This document shows, piece by piece, positions 8,901-21,597 of a DNA stretch of 22,032 nucleotides. The notes beneath the pieces were generated by a model, which was given only the letters and a program-made list of their open reading frames with translations, searched no databases and was not told where the DNA came from. Positions within the stretch are counted from its first letter, which is position 1. Every line of letters begins with the position of its first letter. The position numbers were made by a program, and so were the translations under genes. This stretch comes from Pseudothermotoga sp. (lineage in GTDB: Bacteria; Thermotogota; Thermotogae; Thermotogales; DSM-5069): the NCBI GenBank assembly GCA_031962025.1, contig JAVRKW010000016.1, one strand, 5' to 3'.

Positions 8901-9718
8901 TGAAGAAAAAAATCGGTATGCTGCTTTTGAATCTGGGGGTCTACATTCTATCGATCATCTATGTTTCACCAATCCTCTGGACAGTGTTTTCGAGTTTCAA
9001 AGATGAGGCAGACCTTTTTTCCTGGCCTCCACGTTTGATATCAAAACTCACGCTGATCAATTTTGAAAAAGCCTTGAAAACAACACAGTTTGTGCTGTTT
9101 TTCAGAAACTCTTTTCTTGTCTCCTTATCGGCAACTGCTATAACAGTTGTCATAAGTGTCATGGGAGGGTACGCGCTGGCAAAATACCAGTTCAGGCTCA
9201 AAAACGCGATCTCGACTTTCATACTCTCGATGCTCATGATTCCGCTCCAGGTCATAATGGTCCCTATATATTTGGTTCTGTCCAGACTCGGCATGATAAA
9301 CACCTTCTGGGGGCTTGTAATCCCACCCGCGGCAACTCCCACGGGTATCTTTCTGGCACAGAAATACATTCTATCTGCCATACCTGACTCGGTAATTGAG
9401 AGTGCCAGGATCGATGGAGCAAGCGAGTTCACTATATTCTGGAGAATAGTTCTTCCACTCGCTCAACCACTCGTTGCTGCTCTGGCAGTGCTTTCTTTCA
9501 CTTGGCGGTGGAACGATTTTCTCTGGCCGCTTATAGTCATTGGAACACCAAAGCTTTATACATTGCAGCTTGCGCTTGGAATGTACGCCGGTGAACACAT
9601 AGTCCAGTGGGGACCTTTACTTGCTATGACGGTGCTTTCAATGATTCCGGTTTTGATAGTCTTCATAGCTCTGCAAAAATACTTTGTCAAGGGTATCACC
9701 ACAGGTGCAATCAAGTGA
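8900..9718 (+). CDS. Carbohydrate ABC transporter permease (MalG/UgpE-like)
   Basis: EAA motif IPDSVIESARIDGASEF; WNDFLWPL; QKYFVKGITTGAIK. TAATG coupling to the upstream permease. Confidence 0.93.
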   Translation: MKKKIGMLLLNLGVYILSIIYVSPILWTVFSSFKDEADLFSWPPRLISKLTLINFEKALKTTQFVLFFRNSFLVSLSATAITVVISVMGGYALAKYQFRLKNAISTFILSMLMIPLQVIMVPIYLVLSRLGMINTFWGLVIPPAATPTGIFLAQKYILSAIPDSVIESARIDGASEFTIFWRIVLPLAQPLVAALAVLSFTWRWNDFLWPLIVIGTPKLYTLQLALGMYAGEHIVQWGPLLAMTVLSMIPVLIVFIALQKYFVKGITTGAIK

Positions 9719-9728
9719 GGGGAAAAGT

Positions 9729-11513
9729 ATGTATTACAACTTTATAAAAGAACATATAGCTTACGAGTACAAATTGCCAGATATGTATGTTTTGTCAAAT
9801 CTTGAGTTAACTCTCCAATTAAAGAACGGGCAACCATACAAACTTCTTTCGTCCAAAAGTGGCTTTCTTCTGAGCTTTCTGAGCACAAATCTTCCAGAAC
9901 CGGAGAAAGCCCATTTCTGGCCAGACGGGTGTGAATTTACTTCAAAACAAATCTGCTGGAGATTTTTGACATCTGCTCACATTCGTTCCATCCTCTGGCA
10001 TATGAATGGTATCGAACGACTTATCATGCACTTTAGAGTACCGCTGGAAAAACAGTTCAAAGTCCCGTTCTCTGGTATTTTCAATTTTGCTCAGCCCATG
10101 GAAATAACCACCCAGGATTCCAAAATAGATTTTTCCAACCTCATATCAATTGAAGTACTTTCAGGGAAAATAGCAGAGTTTCAGATGGAGAATGATAGAA
10201 ATTTTCAATTGAAAATTTCATGTGATGAACAGAAGAACATAAAGATCAGATTCTCAACTCGGTACGAGCTTGTGGACGAAGAAAAAGAAAATTTCGTCTA
10301 CAACGAATTTTTGAAAAAATCATTTTCAAAGGTCCAGGACGATCTTATCAGAAGTCTTGCTGTGTTTGCACTTCATACAGCCATGAGCAGCTGGAAAGAT
10401 CTTGGCTTAAGGTATGCTTTAGCCGCGGGTGTGAACTACTCTTTCCCCCCAAGAACTTATTTCAGAGACTCTTTCTGGACCTGTCTTTCACTTCTGGATG
10501 TTGAGCCGAGACTCGTGAGAGAACAGATCCTTGTTCTGTCCGAGTCGGTGCACGATGATGGCTGTCCAAGCGCTGTGATGTTTTTGAACGACGAAGAAAA
10601 AGTACTTTTAAGAGAACTTGTACAAAAGGATCAGAAAATAAGGGAAAACACCAGGTACGAAAACGACTGGTGGAGCGATCATCACGATTCGGGTTTTCTT
10701 TATGTTCTCTTGCTTTCGAAATACCTTCAAAGCACTGGCGATCTTTCCATACTGAACCAGAAGGTGAACGGTGACACGGTTTTGGGAAAAGCCGCAAAGG
10801 TGCTGCGCAACGCCGATAAGTTTGTTCAGAATGGACTTTACAGAAAACCCTTCGATTGCAAGGACTGGACGGACAACGTGTTCAGAAACGGCTTCGTCAC
10901 ATACGACGCCGCACTGCACACGGCAGCGCTTAGGGAGGCTTCGAAGCTGTTCAAAATGGTAAAAAGAAAAGAATCAGAATTGTTTGAAGAAAGATACCTG
11001 CTGTCTAAAAAGAAACTGAACGAACTTTTGTTCGATAAGAAAAAAGGTTATTTTGTGGATTTTGTGGGAACTTATGTGGAAGATCATCTGAACATCGACA
11101 CGATCGTCGCTATTCTCTTCGATGTGGCTGATGAAAAAAACGTGGTTTCAACCCTGAAAAATATGCAGCAACTGCTCGAGACACAGAACAACCGCCTTCA
11201 ACCTTATGGCGACTGGGGTGTCATGAGCGTCTGGCCACACTATAAAAAAAGAACACACCTCTTTGGCAAGAGTGCTTTCCCGTACAGATACCACAACGGT
11301 AGCTGCTGGCCATATTTGAGCTGTGCATACGCTGAAGCAAAACACAGATTCGGCTTGGATCCTACTTATCCGCTTCTGAGCTGGTGGAGATACTCTCTGG
11401 AGAAAGGCTGGGTGAATCCGGTGGAGTATTACTCGCCTCCTTACGGGAGAGGTTCGCTTCAGCAAGCATGGAGTAGTTATGCCGCAGTCGTGGTGAAGCA
11501 GATCTGGCAATAA
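9729..11513 (+). CDS. (alpha/alpha)6-barrel glycoside hydrolase, amylo-alpha-1,6-glucosidase (GDE_C)/GH63-GH116-like; substrate unknown
   Basis: Start reassigned to ATG 9729 (GAGGGG RBS). Motifs PRTYFRDSFWT, DWTD, YHNGSCWPYL, QAWS, as in GDE C-terminal-type barrels. Confidence 0.78.
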   Translation: MYYNFIKEHIAYEYKLPDMYVLSNLELTLQLKNGQPYKLLSSKSGFLLSFLSTNLPEPEKAHFWPDGCEFTSKQICWRFLTSAHIRSILWHMNGIERLIMHFRVPLEKQFKVPFSGIFNFAQPMEITTQDSKIDFSNLISIEVLSGKIAEFQMENDRNFQLKISCDEQKNIKIRFSTRYELVDEEKENFVYNEFLKKSFSKVQDDLIRSLAVFALHTAMSSWKDLGLRYALAAGVNYSFPPRTYFRDSFWTCLSLLDVEPRLVREQILVLSESVHDDGCPSAVMFLNDEEKVLLRELVQKDQKIRENTRYENDWWSDHHDSGFLYVLLLSKYLQSTGDLSILNQKVNGDTVLGKAAKVLRNADKFVQNGLYRKPFDCKDWTDNVFRNGFVTYDAALHTAALREASKLFKMVKRKESELFEERYLLSKKKLNELLFDKKKGYFVDFVGTYVEDHLNIDTIVAILFDVADEKNVVSTLKNMQQLLETQNNRLQPYGDWGVMSVWPHYKKRTHLFGKSAFPYRYHNGSCWPYLSCAYAEAKHRFGLDPTYPLLSWWRYSLEKGWVNPVEYYSPPYGRGSLQQAWSSYAAVVVKQIWQ

Positions 11514-11531
11514 AAAAAGGAGGTAGAAGTG

Positions 11532-13361
11532 ATGGTAGAAAAGTGGAACCATTTTCCTGTCTACATGTGGGCAGGACCTGGAACTATCAGGATAAACAGG
11601 GTGAAATTTCCCAACACACCGATCGATGAAGGAACCCACATGGAGGGTGGGTTGAAAGAGGGCGCAGAGAAGCTCAGACAAATGGGTTACAACTGGGCGT
11701 ACTGCACGTACAACTGGGGTTTCCCACCGGAGATCGAGCGAGAAGACCACGAGTACTTCAAAAGAACTGTTCGTGAGTATCATGAGGCTGGTCTGAAAGT
11801 CTTCGGGTACGTTCAGTTCTCCAACGCGGTCTTCGATGGCTCGTACGTGACAAAGAGATGGTATGCCATGGATCAATTCGGAAATAAGATCAACTACTAC
11901 TCTGGAAGGTACCTCGTTTGTCCGACCGACGAGGAATGGAAATCTCACCTTGCTGAGATTGTCAGAGGAATAGTGGAGAGCGGTGCGGACGGGGTCTTTT
12001 TCGACAACATGTTCGGCTCATGGTTCGGCTTCAGGCCGTGTCACTGCGACAGATGTCAGAAATCTTTCAAAGAATTCGCACAATCAATAAACGTCGATGT
12101 GAAAAGAATACCCGAATACCTCTCAGAGAATGAAGAATCGAGAATGTATCTGATCTGGAGAAAAAAGATCCTCTGGGACACCGTGGAGAGTCTTTCGAAG
12201 CTGGCAAAATCGATGAATCCGAACCTGTTGATCTCCTCGAACTCGTTCGAAGCCGGAATAAGCAGGTTATCTATCATGACAGGGATAGATCTGAGGGAAG
12301 CTTTCAGAGTTCAGGACGTGGTGATGATCGAGAACCACCAGCTTCCCAGAAGGTTCAACAATGTTCAAATCTTCAACACCATGACCTACAGAATCGCTCA
12401 CGCACACAGTTCAGGAAAACCCGTCACGTCCATACCATACATGTTCGGCATAGGTGCCGACGGCGTCTACTCGGCAAGGACCTACCTCCAAGCGATGGCG
12501 GAAGCCTACGCGAACGACTCGGTTCTGGTGCTCAAGGGTACTGAGTACTTCCATAACGGTCGCTGGACGCTTTTGACGGCTGACGAGTTCGAATACGTGC
12601 AAAGAGAAATCGCCCGCTACCACGAGTGGTTCAAAGGCGAAAATGGCGTCTGGAAGGACTGCTATGGAAAGAGAGCAACAAAGATTGCAATCTTCCATCC
12701 TTACGATTCTCTGACCTTCCACTGGGATAGAACGTACCTTCCTTTTTTCGCTGCCCAGCACGAGCTCATCAAAAACGGCATAGATTACAAAGTGGTCTGG
12801 AACGATTTCAAAGATGTCGAAGTCCTGCTCGTGCCACCTATTTTCGAAGAAAGCGAGATAAAAATGATCTCGCGATTCGAAGGTAAAAAGATTTTCCTCG
12901 GCCGTTCACCTTTCGGCGATGGAGAAATCCTGTGGAAGGGCGAATACGAAAAGTATGCATCAAAGGTTAAACCGGAAGAACTACTCAAACTCGAACAGAC
13001 ACTGTCACTGCTGAACTTCTGGACCTACTTCAACGACCCGGTCTGGAGAAAGAGGATGGAGAGTGCGAACTTTTTGTTCTTCAACTATTTGAACCACTGC
13101 TACAACTTCGAACATCCATTCGACGGAGAAGAATTGATTGATTCAGTCAGAAATTACCAGCCATGGTCTGTTCAGGCAAATGGGTTTACCATTGTGAGCA
13201 GTTTCCAATACCAGAACACTTTGAAAATACATGTGGTAAATCTGGAAGAAAAAGAAGTGAAAGTCGATCTGATTCTTCCAAAAAATTGGTACATTAAACA
13301 GATTAAAAATTATGATCACGAAAAAACATTTGTCCACAGAATCTACATTGTTGAAATGTGA
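11532..13361 (+). CDS. Putative TIM-barrel glycoside hydrolase (GHL6/GH42-like) with CxCxxC motif and a GATase1-like/trimerisation domain
   Basis: GGAGG RBS 8 nt before ATG 11532. HEAGLKVFGY, GADGVFFDN, CHCDRCQKSF, KIAIFHP...GIDYKVV...VLLVP. Confidence 0.7.
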   Translation: MVEKWNHFPVYMWAGPGTIRINRVKFPNTPIDEGTHMEGGLKEGAEKLRQMGYNWAYCTYNWGFPPEIEREDHEYFKRTVREYHEAGLKVFGYVQFSNAVFDGSYVTKRWYAMDQFGNKINYYSGRYLVCPTDEEWKSHLAEIVRGIVESGADGVFFDNMFGSWFGFRPCHCDRCQKSFKEFAQSINVDVKRIPEYLSENEESRMYLIWRKKILWDTVESLSKLAKSMNPNLLISSNSFEAGISRLSIMTGIDLREAFRVQDVVMIENHQLPRRFNNVQIFNTMTYRIAHAHSSGKPVTSIPYMFGIGADGVYSARTYLQAMAEAYANDSVLVLKGTEYFHNGRWTLLTADEFEYVQREIARYHEWFKGENGVWKDCYGKRATKIAIFHPYDSLTFHWDRTYLPFFAAQHELIKNGIDYKVVWNDFKDVEVLLVPPIFEESEIKMISRFEGKKIFLGRSPFGDGEILWKGEYEKYASKVKPEELLKLEQTLSLLNFWTYFNDPVWRKRMESANFLFFNYLNHCYNFEHPFDGEELIDSVRNYQPWSVQANGFTIVSSFQYQNTLKIHVVNLEEKEVKVDLILPKNWYIKQIKNYDHEKTFVHRIYIVEM

Positions 13362-13446
13362 GGTCACAATCTCACTGCAAACTTTGTATGCCTTGTCAAA
13401 TGCGATTAAGAAAACCTTTTACCTATATAGAAGGATGTTTCAAATA

Positions 13447-13476
13447 GAGGGGAAGGCTTTCCCCTCGTTTGTTATG
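13447..13476 (+). terminator. Intrinsic terminator of the sugar operon
   Basis: GAGGGGAA-ggct-TTCCCCTC followed by GTTTGTTATGTTTTT. Confidence 0.7.
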
Positions 13477-13486
13477 TTTTTATTCA

Positions 13487-13769
13487 CTTCAAATTCAAGT
13501 TTGTATTGAACTTTCATCTGTGCTGTGTATGTCGCATCATTTGTCACATTCACCTGCCGTGGATTTTCGGTGTTGTTATCATTCCATTTTTCAAAAGTGT
13601 ACTTTGTATCATTTCCAGATACATGTACGCTCTTGTCTGTTTCTTGTGGAGATGTAACTTTTATAGTATGATTCCCAGGCATTAGTTGCAAACTCTTTGG
13701 TGATGTGTACTCTGTGTTGTCTATTTTTACAATCAGTCCTGTGTCCGGTACGGTCGTCACTGTGAGAGT
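13487..13769 (-). pseudogene. Remnant of a diverged allele of the 2822-4720 lipoprotein (first Ig-like domain only; repeat copy B)
   Basis: TLTVTTVPDTGL...YTAQMKVQYKLEFE, ~16 of 94 aa differ from the intact gene. No signal peptide or RBS. The tail of the 116-aa ORF call runs through the operon terminator. Confidence 0.85.
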
Positions 13770-13785
13770 GTGTTTGCAAATTATT

Positions 13786-13814
13786 TTCAAGATTCATATT
13801 TTTCGTGGTACTAT
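13786..13814 (+). promoter_or_regulatory. Candidate cupin promoter
   Basis: TTCAAG, 17-nt spacer, TACTAT with an extended TG (TGgTACTAT). Confidence 0.4.
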
Positions 13815-13840
13815 CATCAGGAATTGTATAGGTGATCTAC

Positions 13841-15700
<1,860 letters not shown>

Positions 15701-15701
15701 T

Positions 15702-17368
<1,667 letters not shown>

Positions 17369-17369
<1 letters not shown>

Positions 17370-17875
17370 CAAATCCACTCCGGAATTTTCACGACCAGCC
17401 GTTTTTGTCTGTGAACTTCCAGTATATAATCACGTACCATTGGTAATAAGATCTCTTCATCTTTGTTTTTCACGATCAAAACTTCATTTGAACCTGTTGA
17501 AATGATATCGCAGACCTTTCCAAGAAAATTACCTTCTTGATCCAGCACATCCACACCGAGAATTTCATAGTAATAGTATTCATCAGGTGATTTGAGCTCT
17601 GGCAGATCTTCGACTCTCATGACTACATCCATTCCAACGATCTTTTTTGCCTTTTCTTCATTATCAACGCCGAAAAACTTCACCAAGAATGCTTTGCCAG
17701 CTTTTTTGATCTCTTCTACCTGAACTTTGTAAATTTCATCGCGGGCTTCGTCGTGTATGAAGATCTCTTTGAAATTATCAAAGACCTCAAGCACATTCGT
17801 CGTTGGCTGAACCTTGACACTCCCGAACAGTCCATGGGTTTTTGTGATCTTTCCGACAGTAACGTAACCTTTCAC
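17369..17875 (-). CDS. rimM: 16S rRNA processing protein RimM
   Basis: VGKITKTHGLFGSVKV, EYYYYEILG, ILLPMV; synteny. Confidence 0.95.
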
Positions 17876-18096
17876 CTTATCACCCTTAAGGTGAAATTTT
17901 CGTTGTCCAGCAGTGCTGTAAGCAAGACTTTCAAAGATTTGATCGTTCTTCCGTCTTTTCCAATGACCTGTCCGACATCTTCTTCGTTCACGACAATCTC
18001 GATCACTTTGCTGTCATTTTCGTTGAACTCAACTACCACAACATCCTCAGGGTGTTTCACAATGCCTTTGAGAATGTACTCAACTAACTCCTTCAT
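17872..18096 (-). CDS. khpA: KH-domain RNA-binding protein (KhpA/YlqC)
   Basis: MKELVEYI..., [14 protein letters not shown] (GxxG). Located between rpsP and rimM; start reassigned to ATG 18096. Confidence 0.92.
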   Translation of the reverse strand: MKELVEYILKGIVKHPEDVVVVEFNENDSKVIEIVVNEEDVGQVIGKDGRTIKSLKVLLTALLDNENFTLRVIR

Positions 18097-18376
18097 CACT
18101 TTTCTCCTTTTTGCCGTATTTGATCTGGTGAACCTTTGCAAGAACTCCTGCTTTGCTCAGGATGTTGGAAACTGTCTCGCTCGGCTGTGCGCCTTTCAAG
18201 ATCCACTCAACGGCTTTTTCGACATTCACATCGATTTGAACTGGTTCTCTGAGTGGGTTGTAATAACCGATCGATTCAATATAAGCACCGTCGCGCTTTT
18301 TTCTTGAATCAACTACCACGATCCTGTAAAAAGGCATGTGTCTTTTTCCCATTCGTGTGAGTCTTATCCTTACCAC
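18080..18376 (-). CDS. rpsP: 30S ribosomal protein S16
   Basis: GTG 18376 with [41 protein letters not shown]. Confidence 0.97.
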   Translation of the reverse strand: MVRIRLTRMGKRHMPFYRIVVVDSRKKRDGAYIESIGYYNPLREPVQIDVNVEKAVEWILKGAQPSETVSNILSKAGVLAKVHQIKYGKKEKSDEGVS

Positions 18377-18390
18377 CTTTACACCTCCTG

Positions 18391-19692
18391 TCATATTTTA
18401 AAGGGAAGTTTCAGCTTCCCGTGTTTCATTCTTTTCATGAGCTCTTTCATCTCTTCATAAGATTTGAGCAATTTGTTCACATCCTGCACAGTCGTGCCAC
18501 TTCCATCCGCAATTCTCTTTTTCCTGCTGGCATTGAGAATTCTTGGGTTTCTTCTTTCTTCTGGTGTCATGGAATTTATAATCGCCTCGATGCGCTTGAG
18601 CTGCTGTTCGCTTGCCTGCAGATCAACTTTTGGTGCACCGGGTAACATCTCTATGAGTGAAGAAAGAGGTCCGAGTTTTTTCATCTCTCTGAGCTGTTCC
18701 TGAAAATCTTCAAGTGTAAATTCAGCCTGAAGCATCTTTTTGCCTATGGTTTCCATCTTTTCTCTGTCCAGTTCTTTTTCTGCCTTTTCAATAAGCGTGA
18801 GCACATCTCCCATGCCAAGTATCCTTGCCGCGATCCTGTCAGGATAAAATGGTTCAAACGCATCTATTTTTTCTCCAACACCAATGAACTTCACAGGCTT
18901 TCCCGTAACGTGGCTTATTGAAAGAATCACACCACCGCGGGCATCACCGTCCATCTTTGTAACAATAAAACCGGTCAGATCAAGCCTTTTGTCAAATTCC
19001 GCGGCTGAATTGACCGCATCCTGTCCAACCATCGCATCGACTACCATCAAAATCTCATCGGGATTGGATATCTGCTTGATCTGTTCCAGTTCATTCATCA
19101 TCTGCTCATCTATGTGGAGTCTGCCAGCAGTATCAAGAATGACCGCGCTGTATTGTGAATTTTTTGCGTTCTGTAGAGCTTCTTTCACTATCTTCACAGG
19201 ATCTTTCCTGTCACCAACAAAAACATCTATTTGAATCGATTTTCCGAGTTTTTCCAGTTGATCTATCGCCGCCGGTCTGTAAACATCTGCAGCTACGAGC
19301 AGAACATTTCGCCCGGTTCTTTTCAGATGAAAGGCAAGCTTCGCGGCAGTTGTAGTTTTCCCGCTTCCCTGAAGGCCAACGAGCATGATCAGCGAAGGAT
19401 GATGTTTCAGATTCAGCGGTGCCGAAGACCTGCCCATGAGATTTATCAATTCATCGCGGACTATTTTGATGAACTGCTGGTCTGGAGTGAAACTCTTTAA
19501 AACCTCTTCTCCGATTGCCTTTTGCTTAACCGAGTCTATGAATTCTTTCACAACCTTGAAATTCACATCAGCTTCGAGCAGAGACAGTTTAACCTGTCTC
19601 ACCGCTTCATTTATGTTTTTTTCTGTAATTCTTCCCTGTCCGGTCAAAGACTTGAAGATCTTTGACAGTTTCTCCTGAAGATTTTCAAACAC
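18391..19692 (-). CDS. ffh: Signal recognition particle protein Ffh
   Basis: GTG 19692 with [34 protein letters not shown]-domain SMTPEER...RIADGSG. Confidence 0.98.
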   Translation of the reverse strand: MFENLQEKLSKIFKSLTGQGRITEKNINEAVRQVKLSLLEADVNFKVVKEFIDSVKQKAIGEEVLKSFTPDQQFIKIVRDELINLMGRSSAPLNLKHHPSLIMLVGLQGSGKTTTAAKLAFHLKRTGRNVLLVAADVYRPAAIDQLEKLGKSIQIDVFVGDRKDPVKIVKEALQNAKNSQYSAVILDTAGRLHIDEQMMNELEQIKQISNPDEILMVVDAMVGQDAVNSAAEFDKRLDLTGFIVTKMDGDARGGVILSISHVTGKPVKFIGVGEKIDAFEPFYPDRIAARILGMGDVLTLIEKAEKELDREKMETIGKKMLQAEFTLEDFQEQLREMKKLGPLSSLIEMLPGAPKVDLQASEQQLKRIEAIINSMTPEERRNPRILNASRKKRIADGSGTTVQDVNKLLKSYEEMKELMKRMKHGKLKLPFKI

Positions 19693-19889
19693 ACCGAACA
19701 CCTCTTTTGAATGGTAAATCAGAACAAAAGAAAAATCAATATCAAGCCAGCAACAACTTGCCCACTTTTATATTACAATCAAATTTCGATAAATAGGTGT
19801 GTTATCTAAAACCACATATATATGTAATACAAAATCAAAAATGATCCGCAAATCATTTTTTGCAAGGTGTATTTTTTAAAAATAAAGTG

Positions 19890-19895
19890 TATAAT
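19890..19895 (+). promoter_or_regulatory. -10 box upstream of the secreted hypothetical protein
   Basis: Perfect TATAAT 25 nt before GTG 19920; -35 not convincing. Confidence 0.45.
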
Positions 19896-19919
19896 ACAAG
19901 TCAACAAGGGGGGATAAAG

Positions 19920-21524
19920 GTGTACAGGAAAATTTTTATTTTTCTGGTTCTGATGGTATCTCTCGCAATCTTTGCCGCCCAGTTTTCAAGAAACATAGAA
20001 GAAAAAATCACCATACTCAAAGATGGATCGGCAGAGATAGTGAGAACCGAGTACATACCTTCTTCAGATTTTTCAAAGGTCTACATCACGTATTTTGAGA
20101 ATCTGAAAAAATCCTCCGATGTGTTTACCAATTACCTTGACGAAATATCCAAAGAGTATTACTTTCTCTATGGAACGACACCTTCTTTTGATCCAGGAAA
20201 CGTCAAATTTGAAGAAAACTCAAATGGCTTTACTCTAACCGTAATAATGAAAATTCCCGGCATTGTGAAAAGAGATGGAAAGACGCTAATTCTTTCCCGC
20301 AAGAATTTTTCCAATGAAAAACTACTATCAAAGTATTTCGAAGAACAAATCGACGGAAAAATTTTCGAATCATTATTTCTTAAATCCGAGAAAAACTACC
20401 TCATCACAAGTAGAAAGACCACGATAGTACTGCCCGAAGGTTCGGAAATCGAAGGCTTCAAACCAGTTTATGCGAAAAATTTTGATGAAAACTGGTTTGT
20501 CGATTTGGGCGGTGGGACAACCTACAGTGCGCAGTTGCACAAAACACAGGAAGGTATCGTGATAGAAGAAAAAATAAAAACCAGCGCATCTGCTCCAAAA
20601 AACTTACTTGATAAGGAAAAAAGCACAGAAACCCTGAACAGTCTGAGAGATTACACGGCATTTCTGCTGATCTTCACCAACGACAAGATGCCAGAAAAAC
20701 TGTCCCAACCGATCGATCATAAGATCAAAAACGACTTCTCTGGTTCGTGGTCTTTCACAGTTTCATCAGGTGAATTATTTTCCTACACTTTCACCTATGG
20801 CACCATAAGCGTCACTCCACAGATCACCGTCACTCTGACTTTCACAGCATCTTTGCTGTGGGAACATGAATGGGTCAGGACCGGCTGGTTCAGCTGGAGT
20901 TATAGGTTCAAAAAATTTGAAACCACACTCACCTTTTCACCTTCTCTGACACCATCTATCAGTGTTCAGTCTTCTGGCTCGATATCAAAAGAATGGTCAA
21001 AGAATTTGTTTTCAAAAGGCAAAACGGTCACTTTTTATGTTTCATGCGTACCTGTGATACTTTATCTTGAGGCAAAACTCGACGCCGAGGCAGAAGCGTC
21101 GGTGAGTGCTTCCATAGGCTTCACCACATCGGCAACTCTGGGTGTGAGCACTTCACTAACCATGAAATACCAGAATGGATGGAGTGCATCCCCTTCCTAC
21201 AGCTGCAACTATTCTGGTGTTAACTTCACAGCAAGTGCGAAAGCCAATGCGAACGCAGAAGGAAGGTTGCCTTTCACCCTGACTGCCTATGTTTATTACG
21301 TAGCCGGTCCGTATGTGACATTAACACCATGGATAAGAGGCGAGGCAAATGCATCTCTCGGCAGTGCCAACCAGGTTGGTTACAGCGTGACGGGTGGTAT
21401 AAAAGCCGAAGGCGGTGTGGCGATGGCAGGCTGGTTGAAAGACCTCTGTGGTGACATACCTTCTTTCAGTTATCAGTTTTTCGACTGGAATCGCACATTT
21501 GCAAGTGGTACAAAAACATTTTAA
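19920..21524 (+). CDS. Secreted hypothetical protein (~534 aa) with a Ser/Thr/Ala-rich, long beta-strand C-terminal half
   Basis: GTG 19920 after AAGGGGGG RBS. Signal peptide MYRKIFIFLVLMVSLAIFA. Alternating-polarity strands in the C-terminal half; terminal Phe. Confidence 0.8.
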   Translation: MYRKIFIFLVLMVSLAIFAAQFSRNIEEKITILKDGSAEIVRTEYIPSSDFSKVYITYFENLKKSSDVFTNYLDEISKEYYFLYGTTPSFDPGNVKFEENSNGFTLTVIMKIPGIVKRDGKTLILSRKNFSNEKLLSKYFEEQIDGKIFESLFLKSEKNYLITSRKTTIVLPEGSEIEGFKPVYAKNFDENWFVDLGGGTTYSAQLHKTQEGIVIEEKIKTSASAPKNLLDKEKSTETLNSLRDYTAFLLIFTNDKMPEKLSQPIDHKIKNDFSGSWSFTVSSGELFSYTFTYGTISVTPQITVTLTFTASLLWEHEWVRTGWFSWSYRFKKFETTLTFSPSLTPSISVQSSGSISKEWSKNLFSKGKTVTFYVSCVPVILYLEAKLDAEAEASVSASIGFTTSATLGVSTSLTMKYQNGWSASPSYSCNYSGVNFTASAKANANAEGRLPFTLTAYVYYVAGPYVTLTPWIRGEANASLGSANQVGYSVTGGIKAEGGVAMAGWLKDLCGDIPSFSYQFFDWNRTFASGTKTF

Positions 21525-21547
21525 TCTGGCTTTGATTTGAAACAAAA

Positions 21548-21573
21548 AGGGCTCTCTTGAAAAAGAGAGCCCT
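21548..21573. terminator. Bidirectional intrinsic terminator
   Basis: AGGGCTCTCTT-gaaa-AAGAGAGCCCT with A-tract before and T-tract after. Confidence 0.85.
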
Positions 21574-21597
21574 GATTTTTTGATGCTGTTTTTTACT

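Noticed and set aside
6734..9718. ABC system lacking an ATPase gene, and SBP lacking a lipobox
   Set aside because: CUT1 systems commonly share a MsmK/MalK-type ATPase encoded elsewhere, and non-lipidated SBPs are ordinary in Thermotogota.
13440..13790. 116-aa ORF as an intact small gene
   Set aside because: Its start comes from cupin upstream DNA joined by the deletion, and its end reads through the operon terminator. Treated as a remnant.
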